NCBI GenBank assembly: GCA_963735805.1 | Contig: CAVTMK010000001.1 | Span: 32,001-96,000, forward strand | Length of the DNA stretch: 64,000 nt | Direction: 5' to 3' | Source of the DNA: an uncultured Verrucomicrobiae bacterium | GTDB taxonomy: Bacteria > Verrucomicrobiota > Verrucomicrobiia > Chthoniobacterales > UBA10450 | Part shown: piece after piece, positions 47,418 through 57,627 of the stretch | Numbering within the stretch: the stretch's first letter is position 1 | Layout of the letters: the number at the start of each line of letters is the position of its first letter | Notes under the pieces: generated by a model | Told to the model about the DNA's origin: nothing | Database searches by the model: none | The model's input: only the letters and a program-made list of their open reading frames with translations | Translations under genes and position numbers: made by a program

Positions 47418-48845
47418 TTAAGGGCCAACTTCGAAGAGAAGCACCTCGCGTTTGCGATAATCCTGCACACGAGCACGCAAATGCGCACGTCGCGGCGCCC
47501 ATTGTGGCGTGGTTGTCGCTTCGGTTTCTTTATCGCTTTGAACAAGAAAATAATGCGCGTCAGCCGGCACCTCCCGAACGTTACTTACGTATTCCAGCGG
47601 CGCCTTCACGTAAAAAAATACCGGCTGATACTCTGGATCCACCGCGTAAAGCGTCTCATTTTGCGGAACCAGAGCATTAATTTCCGCGGCGGCCTTCTTC
47701 ACTTGTTGCCTGTTTCTCAAGATTACCGCCGTGAGTGGATAACCAATCCCTCCAACTACGAGTCCAACTCCAACAAAAAGCGCAACTATTTTTGCCCATG
47801 TTCGTTGCTGTGACGTCCCTTTCTCCGAAGGCCACCCTAATGCATGTCCGGTATAGCTCATCGCCAGTAGCCATGAAGCTGGAGCTATTACCGGCATGCT
47901 GTATCGGGGCAATGCCCCGGGAACGAGGTTAATAGCGAGAAACGGTACGGCTATTCCCCACGCGAGAGAACCGGCGAGCCGTTGCTCCGCGTCATCGTGA
48001 AACTTTGAAAACCTGACGAAGGGAAAGAGAAGAACCCAGGGCAGAAAATAGACAAGACCACGCGGGATATTTTGAATCCAACTTATCAGCTTGAAATCGA
48101 CGCCCTGGAGACGGCCTGTGAACTGATTTGACCACTTCACTGCTGCCGCGTGCGTCGTCGTACTGTACAAGAACGGAATCGCCCAGATGGCGAAAATCCC
48201 CAGCATGATCGCTAACCCGGCGAAATGCGCCGGGTGAATAAGAAGTCGCCATTGTTTCATTTGCCAAAGAACGGCAAAGACGATCGCATAAAAAAATATG
48301 AGGTGCGTTGGACCTTTCGCCAAAAGCCCAAGCCCTAGAAAAACGGATGCCGGGACCCAGATCAGCCACGGCGATTTCCGCTGGAGCAAAAAGCTCAGCC
48401 AAAAAATAATCGCAAGACTACAAAGAGAGATATAGAGGGCTTCGATTTCAATTAATCGACCTTTTTCGATCATTCCGATGTTTGTCATCCAAATGAGAGC
48501 CGCGATGATCGATCCTTTTGGGCCTAGACTGCCACGCGCCACGGTAACAAACGCGACGGCCACTGCGAGGACGACAACTGCCGATGGCAGACGCGCGGTC
48601 CATTCGTTGCGCACTCCAAAAATCCGGAACGATGCCGCTACCAGCCAGTTTACGAGCGGCGGTTTTCGAAAATATGGATTTCCTCCAACTTCAGGAACAA
48701 TATAGTTGCCTGTCTGCAGCATCCCGATCGCCGGCAGGATTCGTCGTCCTTCTTCTCCTTTGATCGCAATAGAACCGAGCGCAGGTAAGTAAATCACCGC
48801 CCACACCAGAACGACGACAAGGACGGCTCGAAGGCGCGAATTCAT
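47418..48845 (-). CDS. ArnT/PMT-family (GT-C) glycosyltransferase
   Basis: KPPLVNWL, EWTARLPS, GLLAKGP; many TM helices. Confidence 0.85.
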   Translation of the reverse strand: MNSRLRAVLVVVLVWAVIYLPALGSIAIKGEEGRRILPAIGMLQTGNYIVPEVGGNPYFRKPPLVNWLVAASFRIFGVRNEWTARLPSAVVVLAVAVAFVTVARGSLGPKGSIIAALIWMTNIGMIEKGRLIEIEALYISLCSLAIIFWLSFLLQRKSPWLIWVPASVFLGLGLLAKGPTHLIFFYAIVFAVLWQMKQWRLLIHPAHFAGLAIMLGIFAIWAIPFLYSTTTHAAAVKWSNQFTGRLQGVDFKLISWIQNIPRGLVYFLPWVLLFPFVRFSKFHDDAEQRLAGSLAWGIAVPFLAINLVPGALPRYSMPVIAPASWLLAMSYTGHALGWPSEKGTSQQRTWAKIVALFVGVGLVVGGIGYPLTAVILRNRQQVKKAAAEINALVPQNETLYAVDPEYQPVFFYVKAPLEYVSNVREVPADAHYFLVQSDKETEATTTPQWAPRRAHLRARVQDYRKREVLLFEVGP

Positions 48846-48902
48846 TGGATGCTGGACGTTCGATATTGCGCGGTGAACGTCAAATTAAACCGAACGCCCA
48901 GC

Positions 48903-48931
48903 TTGACGGAAAGCCCTTAAACCGGTAACTT
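48903..48931 (+). promoter_or_regulatory. Sigma70 promoter of the nusA operon, TTGACG-N17-TAACTT
   Basis: Consensus match and position. Confidence 0.65.
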
Positions 48932-48955
48932 AAGCGTCGAGTCCGCGCGCTGATC

Positions 48956-48984
48956 AGAGTGGGAACTAGCGTCCCACTCTTTTT
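48956..48984 (+). terminator. nusA leader hairpin (rimP-leader-like attenuator)
   Basis: AGAGTGGGA-ACTAGCG-TCCCACTCT-TTTT in the 5' UTR. Confidence 0.75.
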
Positions 48985-49005
48985 AGTCTGCGGGCTGCAT
49001 GTTTT

Positions 49006-50256
49006 ATGAACGCAGAATTTATTGCCATGCTCGATTACCTGGAGCGGGAGCGCGGGATTAAACGCGATATCCTGATCGAGGCGGTCTCGAACGCTCTGCT
49101 CTCAGCATCGAAGAAGAGTGTGGGCGCTTCGCGTGATCTACACATCGACATCAATCCGAAAACTGGAGAAATCCGGGCCCTGGCAAATCTTATGGTTGTC
49201 GAGGAAGTCGCTAATCCGCAGGATGAGATAGAGCTGTCGAAAGCGCGCAAGATCAAGCCGGATGCAAATGTCGGCGAGATTATTGAAGTGGAAGTAACAC
49301 CGAAGAATTTTGGACGCATTGCGGCGCAAACTGCAAAACAAGCCATGATGCAACGGATTCGCCAGGTCGAGAAAGAAATGATCTATGAGGAGTTCAAAGA
49401 CCGTGCCGGCGAAATCGTGAGCGGAACGGTGCGCCGCTTCGAGCGATCAGATGTCATCCTCGATCTTGGAAAATTTGAGGCCGTCATGCCGCAACGCGAG
49501 CGCGTAATAGTCGAAGATTACAATGTAGGTGATCGACTCCGTGCGTACGTCGTGGCCGTGGATAACGGCATTCGCGGACCGGAGATCATTGTGTCGCGCA
49601 GCCATCCCAATTTCGTGCGCAGGCTTTTCGAGTTGGAAGTGAGTGAAATCGCGGATGGCACCGTCGAGATTCGCGGAATCGCACGGGAAGCTGGCTATCG
49701 TACGAAGATCGCCGTCTGGAGCGCGAACGAAAAAGTGGATCCTGTGGGGGCATGTGTCGGCATGCGCGGCTCGCGCGTCAAAAATATCGTACGCGAGCTG
49801 AACAACGAAAAGGTCGATATCATTCGCTGGAGCTCGGATCCAAAGGAATACATCCTCGAAGCACTAAAACCGGCAAAAGTGAAGAATCTTGCGTTCGATA
49901 CTGAGAAGAAAAGTGTGCAGATATCGGTTGATGAAGATCAGCTTTCTCTCGCTATCGGGAAAAAGGGACAGAATGCGCGGTTGACTTCCCGACTGACCGG
50001 CTGGGAGATCAATATCGGTAGAGACACTTCTGCGACAACAGTCGTAGAACAAAAGGTGGCGCAAGCAGCGCAGACCCTTGCGGGAGCACTGCCGGTTACG
50101 GATGAGCAGGCGCTCGCCCTTGTAAAATCCGGTTTTACGAACCTGGAAGGATTGCGCGATGCGGATGTGCAGGATTTAGTGGATATTCTCGCGGTCGATG
50201 AGACAAAGGCACGCGAGATTTACGAGGCCGTCCATAGGCAGGAACTCGTACAATAA
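49006..50256 (+). CDS. nusA: Transcription factor NusA
   Basis: FGRIAAQTAKQ, AREAGYRTKIAV, DPVGACVG, LAIGKKGQN. Confidence 0.97.
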   Translation: MNAEFIAMLDYLERERGIKRDILIEAVSNALLSASKKSVGASRDLHIDINPKTGEIRALANLMVVEEVANPQDEIELSKARKIKPDANVGEIIEVEVTPKNFGRIAAQTAKQAMMQRIRQVEKEMIYEEFKDRAGEIVSGTVRRFERSDVILDLGKFEAVMPQRERVIVEDYNVGDRLRAYVVAVDNGIRGPEIIVSRSHPNFVRRLFELEVSEIADGTVEIRGIAREAGYRTKIAVWSANEKVDPVGACVGMRGSRVKNIVRELNNEKVDIIRWSSDPKEYILEALKPAKVKNLAFDTEKKSVQISVDEDQLSLAIGKKGQNARLTSRLTGWEINIGRDTSATTVVEQKVAQAAQTLAGALPVTDEQALALVKSGFTNLEGLRDADVQDLVDILAVDETKAREIYEAVHRQELVQ

Positions 50257-50311
50257 TATGGCTCTGGTTTAGGGAAGCTCGGGCCATGAGCAAAATTTTA
50301 AACGAACAACA

Positions 50312-52552
50312 ATGGCAACGAAAACGAGCAGCAAAACTGCAACGCGCAAACCAGCCGCGCGCGGAACTACTGCTGCTCGCAAGCCGGCAGCCGCCGCTAA
50401 GACAAAACTTCCAAAGCAAAAAATAAAGGAGGATGTTGCGCCGGCGACCAAGTCGGGCACCCCTTCCCCCGCAAGACCGGATACAGACACTGCTCGGCCT
50501 TTAACTCGCGAAGCAGAGAGCGTTTCGCTCATCGATCGGAAAAAACCGAGTAAAAAGGCCGAAGACGGCCAGGTAAAACAGAAGCGAGCCGTTTTACCTC
50601 CAATTTCCCGCATCCGGGCCGCGCTGGAAACTCCGCCAACTCCCCAAAAAACGGCGCCGCCGCCAAAGAGCACGGTAGCGGAACCGCCCCAAACCGAAGC
50701 GTCCAGCGCTGCTGCTGGCGAAGACATTCCCCCAGATGCAACGGCGTTAGCGTCTATTGAGCCAGAAACCGCAGCGCAGAACGTCATCCTTATCAAGCCG
50801 CCAATTGTCGTTAAGCAACTGGCAACCGAGCTGGGGTTAAAGCCGCATCAACTCATCGCGGAGTTAATGAATTACAACATCTTCGCGAACATCAATCAGA
50901 CAATCGAGCCAGATATCGCTTCAAAGATCGCGGAAAGCCATGGCTTTGTTCTGGAAAAGGAGCGCCGCGAAAAAGGAGGAGGCGTTCACAAGGTTGAACA
51001 GGTGGTCGTGGCGCCTCCACCGCCAGTTATTGAAAAGAAAGAAGAACTCAAGCCACGGGCACCCATTATCACGTTCATGGGACATGTGGATCACGGCAAG
51101 ACGACGTTGATGGACGCAATTCGGAAAACTCGCGTCGCTGCGGGCGAAGCTGGCGGGATCACCCAACATATCGGCGCGTATAGCGTTAGTCATAACGGCG
51201 CAACGCTCACATTTATCGATACACCCGGGCATGCCGCCTTCACGGCGATGCGAGCGCGTGGTGCTAATGTCACGGATATCGTCGTCCTCGTAGTCGCAGC
51301 CGACGATGGCATCATGCCACAAACGAATGAAGCGATTAATCACGCCAAGGCCGCGCCACACGTAAAGATTATGGTCGCGATCAACAAGATTGATCTTCCT
51401 TCGGCAAATGTAGACAGAGTAAAGAAGCAACTCCAGGAACATGGCCTTAGCCCGGAAGACTGGGGAGGCGAAACAATTGTTTGTCCAGTCTCAGCAACGA
51501 AAGGCACGGGAATCGACCACCTGCTTGAGATGATCGCACTGCAGGCGGAGGTAATGGAACTTAAAGCGTCGCCCACGGCCACGCCTCGAGGCACCGTAAT
51601 TGAAGCTCAAGTCGAAGCCGGGCGCGGTCCAACTGCTACCGTGATCGTCCAGATGGGGACCTTAAGAACCGGCGACCCTTTTATCTGCGGGGATTACAGC
51701 GGCAAAGTAAAATCACTCCTGGACGACCGCGGGAAGCCAGTCAAGGAAGCCGCTCCCTCAATGCCGGTGAAGGTGCTCGGTTTCATTGGGCTACCCGACG
51801 CGGGCGATGAACTGCTTGTGATGGATTCCGAACGCTCGGCAAAGACCCTGAGCGAAGAACGTTTGCTGGCTAAGCGCGCCGATAAGTTGACGGTTCCTAA
51901 ACGAGCCACACTTGAAAGCCTGCTCGAGACTACAGGAGGAAAGAAAGTCCTGCGGATCGTGCTGAAGTGCGACGCCCAAGGCTCACTGGAAGCATTGGTT
52001 GGAGCGTTGAAACAAATCGAAAGCAAAAAGGTCGATCTTGAAATCATCCACTCTGCGGTCGGGCCGATTTCAGAGTCGGATATTCTGTTGGCAAGCGCTT
52101 CGAATGCTGTGGTGGTCGGTTTCAATGTCAAAGTAGAGAGCATGGCGGTTCCTGCCGCGAAGAGCGAAGGAGTCCAGGTCAAACTTTACAGCATCATCTA
52201 TGAGTTACTCGATCAGATCAAAGAAGCGATGGCCGGTTTGCTTGATCCCGAACATCGGGAAACGGTTATCGGACACGCTGAAGTGAAACAGGTTTTCCAA
52301 CTTAGCAGAGGCATTGTCGCTGGGTGCCTGGTTACTGACGGTCGTATAGCTCGTGCCGGCCGGGCACGCGTTCTTCGCAGGCGACAACCTGTTTATGACG
52401 GCGGGATTTCGACGTTACGCCGTTTCCAAGACGACGTGAAGGACGTGCGCTCGGGATTGGAATGTGGAATCAAGCTGGGTGATTTCAATGAATATCAAGT
52501 AGCCGACGTGATCGAGTGTTATCAACTCGAAGCTATCGCGCAAAAATTGTGA
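50312..52552 (+). CDS. infB: Translation initiation factor IF-2
   Basis: [31 protein letters not shown]. Confidence 0.97.
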   Translation: MATKTSSKTATRKPAARGTTAARKPAAAAKTKLPKQKIKEDVAPATKSGTPSPARPDTDTARPLTREAESVSLIDRKKPSKKAEDGQVKQKRAVLPPISRIRAALETPPTPQKTAPPPKSTVAEPPQTEASSAAAGEDIPPDATALASIEPETAAQNVILIKPPIVVKQLATELGLKPHQLIAELMNYNIFANINQTIEPDIASKIAESHGFVLEKERREKGGGVHKVEQVVVAPPPPVIEKKEELKPRAPIITFMGHVDHGKTTLMDAIRKTRVAAGEAGGITQHIGAYSVSHNGATLTFIDTPGHAAFTAMRARGANVTDIVVLVVAADDGIMPQTNEAINHAKAAPHVKIMVAINKIDLPSANVDRVKKQLQEHGLSPEDWGGETIVCPVSATKGTGIDHLLEMIALQAEVMELKASPTATPRGTVIEAQVEAGRGPTATVIVQMGTLRTGDPFICGDYSGKVKSLLDDRGKPVKEAAPSMPVKVLGFIGLPDAGDELLVMDSERSAKTLSEERLLAKRADKLTVPKRATLESLLETTGGKKVLRIVLKCDAQGSLEALVGALKQIESKKVDLEIIHSAVGPISESDILLASASNAVVVGFNVKVESMAVPAAKSEGVQVKLYSIIYELLDQIKEAMAGLLDPEHRETVIGHAEVKQVFQLSRGIVAGCLVTDGRIARAGRARVLRRRQPVYDGGISTLRRFQDDVKDVRSGLECGIKLGDFNEYQVADVIECYQLEAIAQKL

Positions 52553-52602
52553 TGAAGCAGTTAAAACGTTAAACAGTTTTAACTATTTACATTCCGCCTT
52601 CC

Positions 52603-52953
52603 ATGAAACACCGGATGCTGCGCGTCAATGAAGTCGTGAAGCGCGAGTTGAGCGGGATCGTTGCGCGAGAAATCAACTTCGAAGGCGCCCTGGTTAGCAT
52701 CAACCACGTCGATGTAACATCAGACTTAAAGAACGCGCATGTTTTTGTGAGCGTTCTCGGAACAAAGGCACGCGAAAGCGTCATGAGCAAACTGGCCTCT
52801 CATCGTCCAGCGTTGCAAGCGGAACTAGCTCGCCACGTCACCATGAAATATACGCCGCACCTTATTTTTCATCTCGATGACTCCATCGAGCGCGGGACGC
52901 GTGTGATAAAGATCATGCAGGAAATGGAAGCGTCTCAAGGCGAAAAGAAGTGA
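52603..52953 (+). CDS. rbfA: Ribosome-binding factor A
   Basis: VDVTSDLKNAHVFVS, KYTPHLIFHLDDSIERG; follows infB. Confidence 0.95.
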   Translation: MKHRMLRVNEVVKRELSGIVAREINFEGALVSINHVDVTSDLKNAHVFVSVLGTKARESVMSKLASHRPALQAELARHVTMKYTPHLIFHLDDSIERGTRVIKIMQEMEASQGEKK

Positions 52954-52981
52954 AGACTTTAGGTGCCGCCGTGTGGTCCGT

Positions 52982-53068
52982 CTATCGGCCTGGGTCGCAG
53001 TCCCCCTTCGCGACTACTTATCCGCCTGCGCGGAAAAACTGCGGCGGATACGCCCAGGCGATAGCTAC
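52982..53068. repeat. Nested palindromic element upstream of nrnA
   Basis: CTATCGGCCTGGG/CCCAGGCGATAG outer arms and TATCCGCC/GGCGGATA inner arms; ends CTAC. Confidence 0.65.
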
Positions 53069-53071
53069 GAG

Positions 53072-54067
53072 ATGAGCGCTTCGAAATTCCAGGAAATTGG
53101 CCAGATATTGCGCGATCATCAACGCTTCGCTGTCCTGGGTCACGTTCGTCCTGACGGCGATGCGCTGGGGAGCCAACTTGCGCTCGCGCTTTCTCTTCAA
53201 GCACTGGGAAAAGAAGTCCGAGTATGGAATGAGGACGGAATGCTGGAAAAATATTCCTTTCTGCCGCGGGCAGAGTTGCTCACCAAGCCGCCTTCCACTC
53301 CGGAGGATTTCGATGTTGCCATCGCACTCGACACGGCAATTCAAAGCCGGCTTGGCAGCACGCTGGCAGCAGTTCGGTCGTCGAAGATCTGGATCAACAT
53401 CGACCACCACTTGAGTAATCCTGGCTACGGCGATGTGGTTCATGTCGATTCTTCCGCCCCTGCCACAGCTGAAATCATTTTTCACCTGATCAAGAGCCAG
53501 GGCCTGCCGTTGAATCGAGACATCGCGGAAAATCTTTACGCCGCGATTTCCACCGATACAGGCTCGTTCCAATATCCAAAGACCAGCGCAGACACCTTCG
53601 AGATAGCAGCTGAACTCATTCGCACAGGTCTCGATGTCGGACGCCTGAGCCAGGAGCTTTATGAGAATTATCCGCGCCGGCGTCTGGAGCTCTTGCGGGA
53701 ACTGTTACGCACCATGCGTTTCCAGGGGGAAGGTCGCGTGGCAAGTTTTAGTCTTAGCTTGGAAACGGCTGCTGAACTGCGTGTTCTTCCCGAGGATAAC
53801 GAGGGGCTGATCGATCACCTCCGGGCGGTTCGTGGTGTTATCGTTGCCGTGTTTTTCGAAGAACTATCCGATGGCAAAGTGCGTGTGAGCATGCGGTCCA
53901 AAACCGATGCGGTCGATGTCTGCGCCATCTGTCAGAAATTCGGCGGGGGCGGCCATACGCTTGCTGCCGGCGCGCGCGTGCGCGGAACACTCGCGGAAGT
54001 AGAAGAACGAGTTTTGGCAGAAGTTTCCGCCAGGATTAAGTCGCTAAAAGCGGCCTTGGATTCATGA
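53072..54067 (+). CDS. nrnA: DHH-family nanoRNase/pAp phosphatase
   Basis: HVRPDGDALGS, IDHH, STDTGSF, GGGGH. Confidence 0.88.
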   Translation: MSASKFQEIGQILRDHQRFAVLGHVRPDGDALGSQLALALSLQALGKEVRVWNEDGMLEKYSFLPRAELLTKPPSTPEDFDVAIALDTAIQSRLGSTLAAVRSSKIWINIDHHLSNPGYGDVVHVDSSAPATAEIIFHLIKSQGLPLNRDIAENLYAAISTDTGSFQYPKTSADTFEIAAELIRTGLDVGRLSQELYENYPRRRLELLRELLRTMRFQGEGRVASFSLSLETAAELRVLPEDNEGLIDHLRAVRGVIVAVFFEELSDGKVRVSMRSKTDAVDVCAICQKFGGGGHTLAAGARVRGTLAEVEERVLAEVSARIKSLKAALDS

Positions 54068-54124
54068 CTTAGCGTTTCAACGCCTCAACGTTGTAACTCT
54101 TTTAACTTTCTAACCTTGCGTACC

Positions 54125-54847
54125 ATGTCTCATCCTGTCGCTCCTGATGGCGTCCTGCTGGTGGACAAGGCTGAAGGGATGACTTCACACGACGTAGTCG
54201 CGCTGATACGCCGCAAGCTCCAAGTAAGGAAAGTCGGTCATTGTGGCACGCTGGATCCCATAGCGACCGGCTTGCTTCTGATTACTGTGGGCCGCGGCAC
54301 AAAGGTCCAGGATTTGCTAATGAGTGAAGACAAGGAATACGCCGGAACATTCGTTCTCGGTGTGACCACGGATACACAGGATCGGCAGGGAGAAGTCATC
54401 CAGCAACGAGCGGTCCCCGCGTTAGGCGAAGATCAAATTCGCGCCGCTTTTGAAGGTTTTCGGGGCGATTTTTATCAAACGCCCCCGATGGTTTCCGCCA
54501 AAAAGCATGGCGGCGTTCCGCTCTACAAGCTGGCGCGTCAAGGAAAAGTGGTGGAGCGCGAGCCTCGCCTTGTTCATGTCTATCGCTACACAATCGATCG
54601 AATTGCGCTGCCCGAGATCGATTTTAGCGTTCTATGCAGCAAAGGCTTTTATGTGCGCACTTATGTCCACGAGATTGGCGAAACTTTGGGCTGTGGTGCA
54701 CACCTAAAATCCCTGCGCAGAACAAAATCCGGGCGTTTCGATGTTGCCAACGCCATCAGTGTTGCTCAAATCAAAGATGCCCCAGGTGAGGAAATTTTGA
54801 GCAAACTCCTGAGCCTTCCCGACGTGTCGCGCATGCGGGGAGCTTGA
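54125..54847 (+). CDS. truB: tRNA pseudouridine(55) synthase
   Basis: TSHDVV, GHCGTLDP, CSKGFYVRT, LRRT. Confidence 0.95.
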   Translation: MSHPVAPDGVLLVDKAEGMTSHDVVALIRRKLQVRKVGHCGTLDPIATGLLLITVGRGTKVQDLLMSEDKEYAGTFVLGVTTDTQDRQGEVIQQRAVPALGEDQIRAAFEGFRGDFYQTPPMVSAKKHGGVPLYKLARQGKVVEREPRLVHVYRYTIDRIALPEIDFSVLCSKGFYVRTYVHEIGETLGCGAHLKSLRRTKSGRFDVANAISVAQIKDAPGEEILSKLLSLPDVSRMRGA

Positions 54848-54860
54848 TCGCAATATACTG

Positions 54861-55793
54861 ATGAAAATTCTGACATCGATTCCGGAGCTGGCTTGTTTGC
54901 CCGGCCCGATCTTTCTCGCAATCGGAGTTTTTGACGGCGTCCATCGTGGTCATCAAGCGGTCATTTCCACTTCAGCTCAGCACGCCCGATCAGTAAATGG
55001 CACGCCGGTCGTCGTTACTTTCGACCCGCATCCCATGAAAGTGCTTCGCCCCAGCGAGGCTCCTCATCTGCTCACTTCTACGCTGCATAAGATCAGATTG
55101 ATCCGCGACCTCGAGGTCAGGCACCTGCTCGTCATCAAATTCGACAAGGCATTCGCCGCGACGTCGCCGGAGGACTTTGTGCAGCAGCTTGTGACCCATT
55201 CGAAACCGCTGCAAGAAATTTGTGTCGGACATGAATGGTCATTCGGACAGGGCCGTCGCGGTAATCTGGATCTCTTGAGAAAACTGGGCGCGCAGTTCGA
55301 CTTTGAGGTCGTCGGAATTCCCGCTGTCACGTTGAGCAACAGTGAATTGGTGAGCAGCACTGCGATCCGTCACGCTATTGAAGCAGGTGATCTGGCAAAG
55401 GCCGCCGAGATGCTGGGACACAAGTACACGATCCTTGGCACGGTTGTGCGCGGTGAACATCTCGGAAAAAAGATCGGGTTCCCGACGGCGAATTTAAGTG
55501 CTCACAGTGAGCAATTCCCTCCAAATGGGGTCTATTTCGCCCAGGCCACGCTGAATGGCATCGTCTATCCAGGCGTGGTTAATCTCGGTTATCGCCCAAC
55601 GGTGAGTAGCAGCAAATCCGAGCGGGTACTTGAGATTTATCTGCTCGACTTCGACCGGGATATTTACGGGAAGGATGTTGAAGTTCGTTTTGTCCAGTAT
55701 CTCAGGTCGGAACAAAAATTCGAAAATCTCGACGCATTGGTCAGGCAAATCGAACTTGATGTGCAACAGGTCCGCAAACTTTGCGCGGCATAG
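54861..55793 (+). CDS. ribF: Riboflavin kinase/FAD synthetase
   Basis: FDGVHRGH, TFDPHP, SSTAIR, GFPTANL. Confidence 0.95.
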   Translation: MKILTSIPELACLPGPIFLAIGVFDGVHRGHQAVISTSAQHARSVNGTPVVVTFDPHPMKVLRPSEAPHLLTSTLHKIRLIRDLEVRHLLVIKFDKAFAATSPEDFVQQLVTHSKPLQEICVGHEWSFGQGRRGNLDLLRKLGAQFDFEVVGIPAVTLSNSELVSSTAIRHAIEAGDLAKAAEMLGHKYTILGTVVRGEHLGKKIGFPTANLSAHSEQFPPNGVYFAQATLNGIVYPGVVNLGYRPTVSSSKSERVLEIYLLDFDRDIYGKDVEVRFVQYLRSEQKFENLDALVRQIELDVQQVRKLCAA

Positions 55794-55829
55794 CGGGATT
55801 TCGAAAGAGCGTTTTACTTACGGAGAAAG

Positions 55830-56171
55830 CTAGGATCGCACGCCCCCGCCCCTGGATAGCGCGGCCACAGCGCCCGCTGCCGTTACGACAAGGCCGCTGG
55901 CGAGAGCAAGCGCAAAAACCCACAACGTGGGCAGGGCTACCAGGCGTTCGACGGTGATACTAACAAAGCGACCGCCACCCGAAACGACATACGCAAGCAC
56001 GCTTGCCAGGAAAGTCATCCCCAGAAGAATGGCAGCCCGCAACAGATCGCGACCCCGCCGAGGAGGCGGTAACTGTTGCAACACTCGGGCAGTAAATCCC
56101 TCGTCGTCGATGTAGGGCGCCGCTTCGCGTAATTCCTGTTCAAGCCAATCTTCCTGATTCACTTCCTTCAT
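55830..56171 (-). CDS. Putative membrane anti-sigma factor (DUF5056-like)
   Basis: YIDDEGFTARVLQQLP plus two TM helices, downstream of the ECF sigma. Confidence 0.65.
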   Translation of the reverse strand: MKEVNQEDWLEQELREAAPYIDDEGFTARVLQQLPPPRRGRDLLRAAILLGMTFLASVLAYVVSGGGRFVSITVERLVALPTLWVFALALASGLVVTAAGAVAALSRGGGVRS

Positions 56172-56177
56172 ATCTAA

Positions 56178-56714
56178 TTAGTTTGGACCCCAGTCGGCAA
56201 GCATTCGTTTCAATTTCTCGCGACCCCTAAGAACATTCGTTTTCACCGTACCAAGGGGAATGTCGAGAACACGCGCAGCCTCGTCGTGCGACAGGCCGTT
56301 CTGGCAACAGAGTAAAACCGCGGAGCGTTCGTTTAAGGGAAGCAAACTCAATGCGCGCATAAGATCGTGTCTCAATCCAGGGTTGGCGACCTGAGGATCC
56401 AGTTGGGTTTGAAGTTGCTCCTCATCGATTCCCACAAGTTCCTTCCGGCGGCGCGCATCTTCTCGAAAAGAATTGTAAGCAATCCGATAAAGCCACGTGG
56501 AAAAGCGCGCCTCACCGCGAAAGCTGCGGATGTTCTTATAAGCACGCAAGAATGTTTGTTGCGCCAGATCGTCTGCGAGAGCTGCGTCGGTCCGAGTAAG
56601 TTGACGCAGCAGACCGCGCACGGCGGATTGATGCCGCCGAACCAGCTCACCGAAAGCGTGCTGATCGTCATCGACAAGAACTCTGGCGACCAGGTCTGCA
56701 TCAGTCAGCTCCAC
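56178..56714 (-). CDS. ECF sigma factor
   Basis: AFGELVRRHQ, DDLAQQTFLRAY, FSTWLYRIA, PLGTVKT. Confidence 0.93.
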   Translation of the reverse strand: MELTDADLVARVLVDDDQHAFGELVRRHQSAVRGLLRQLTRTDAALADDLAQQTFLRAYKNIRSFRGEARFSTWLYRIAYNSFREDARRRKELVGIDEEQLQTQLDPQVANPGLRHDLMRALSLLPLNERSAVLLCCQNGLSHDEAARVLDIPLGTVKTNVLRGREKLKRMLADWGPN

Positions 56715-56723
56715 AGCCGCAGA

Positions 56724-57368
56724 TTACGGTACCGGCGGCGGATTGTCCTTTTTTGTATCCAGCTTCCATACAAGCAAATAGCCAGCGCCAATCAGAAACG
56801 GGATGAGTCCCAGGGTCCATGCACCGCCCTCCCAATCACTTGCCGCGCCAAAGAAGGCAATCAGACCAATGCCAATCATTGCCAGGACGACGCCTCGGCG
56901 CAGATCGGAACGCTGTCTTTGGGCTGGCGGTGGATTCAGCAGCGCTTCCGGTACGGGCTGCCCTTTTTCTACCATCATCCGGACCGTTCGATGGAGGGCG
57001 CGCGATTTGGAGAAACTGAAATACAGAATTAGCCCGACAATTAGTACCGGCGCGCCGAAGATTGTCAGGAAAACAATTCCAACGAGGGGGATTACCAATG
57101 CAGGAATATCCTTCGATTTTCCAAAACCGAGATCGCCTTCATCGTGATCGCCTTCGATGATGACTCCGTGTTTGCCGTGAAACTTTTTCTCCAGCTTTTG
57201 GTGAATCTTGTCGGCCAGACGCGATGGAGAGACACTGGCGGTTGAAGTTACCGATGCTGTTGTTGCAGCGGTTGGGGAGCTCGAAATCGGCGACACGGTC
57301 GGTGTCTGCGCAAATGAGCCCGCCGCCAGGGCGAGGGAACAAACGTAGATAGTAATGAATCTATTCAT
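56724..57368 (-). CDS. Membrane protein (DUF6249-like) upstream of the ECF sigma
   Basis: Signal peptide, Ser/Thr/Pro linker, MVEKGQPVP, LRRGVVL, GLIPFLIGAG. Confidence 0.7.
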   Translation of the reverse strand: MNRFITIYVCSLALAAGSFAQTPTVSPISSSPTAATTASVTSTASVSPSRLADKIHQKLEKKFHGKHGVIIEGDHDEGDLGFGKSKDIPALVIPLVGIVFLTIFGAPVLIVGLILYFSFSKSRALHRTVRMMVEKGQPVPEALLNPPPAQRQRSDLRRGVVLAMIGIGLIAFFGAASDWEGGAWTLGLIPFLIGAGYLLVWKLDTKKDNPPPVP

Positions 57369-57387
57369 AGTGGATGATTTGACCATA

Positions 57388-57417
57388 GGATGCACTCAGC
57401 GTGTTACTTGGATTCAA
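57388..57417 (-). promoter_or_regulatory. Putative autoregulatory ECF promoter TTGAATCCAA-N14-GCATCC
   Basis: Upstream of the ECF operon; boxes match 21226-21255 exactly. Confidence 0.72.
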
Positions 57418-57494
57418 CTATTTCAACTATTCCGCGGCAATTAAAGGTTGCGCCCCGCGGGCGGCTGGACATTATTTGTCTCCCTCAGAAAATT

Positions 57495-57566
57495 GCGGGT
57501 GTAGCTCAGTGGTAGAGCGTCTCGTTGCCAACGAGAAAGTCGCGAGTTCGACCCTCGTCACCCGCT
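57495..57566 (+). tRNA. tRNA-Gly(GCC)
   Basis: GCGGGTG/CACCCGC acceptor stem, TCTCG-TTGCCAA-CGAGA anticodon arm, GTTCGA T loop; CCA not encoded. Confidence 0.96.
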
Positions 57567-57627
57567 CATTTTTTTGGCTGCGTTGATCCAAACATCGGGT
57601 ACAGCCTGGGAGTATTTCTCTGAAACG

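Noticed and set aside
52973..53071. N-terminal extension of NrnA in the ORF track
   Set aside because: It corresponds to an upstream palindromic repeat; the ATG at 53072 fits the family start better.
57495..57627. Genomic island integrated at tRNA-Gly
   Set aside because: No integrase and no duplicated tRNA 3' end; prmA follows directly.
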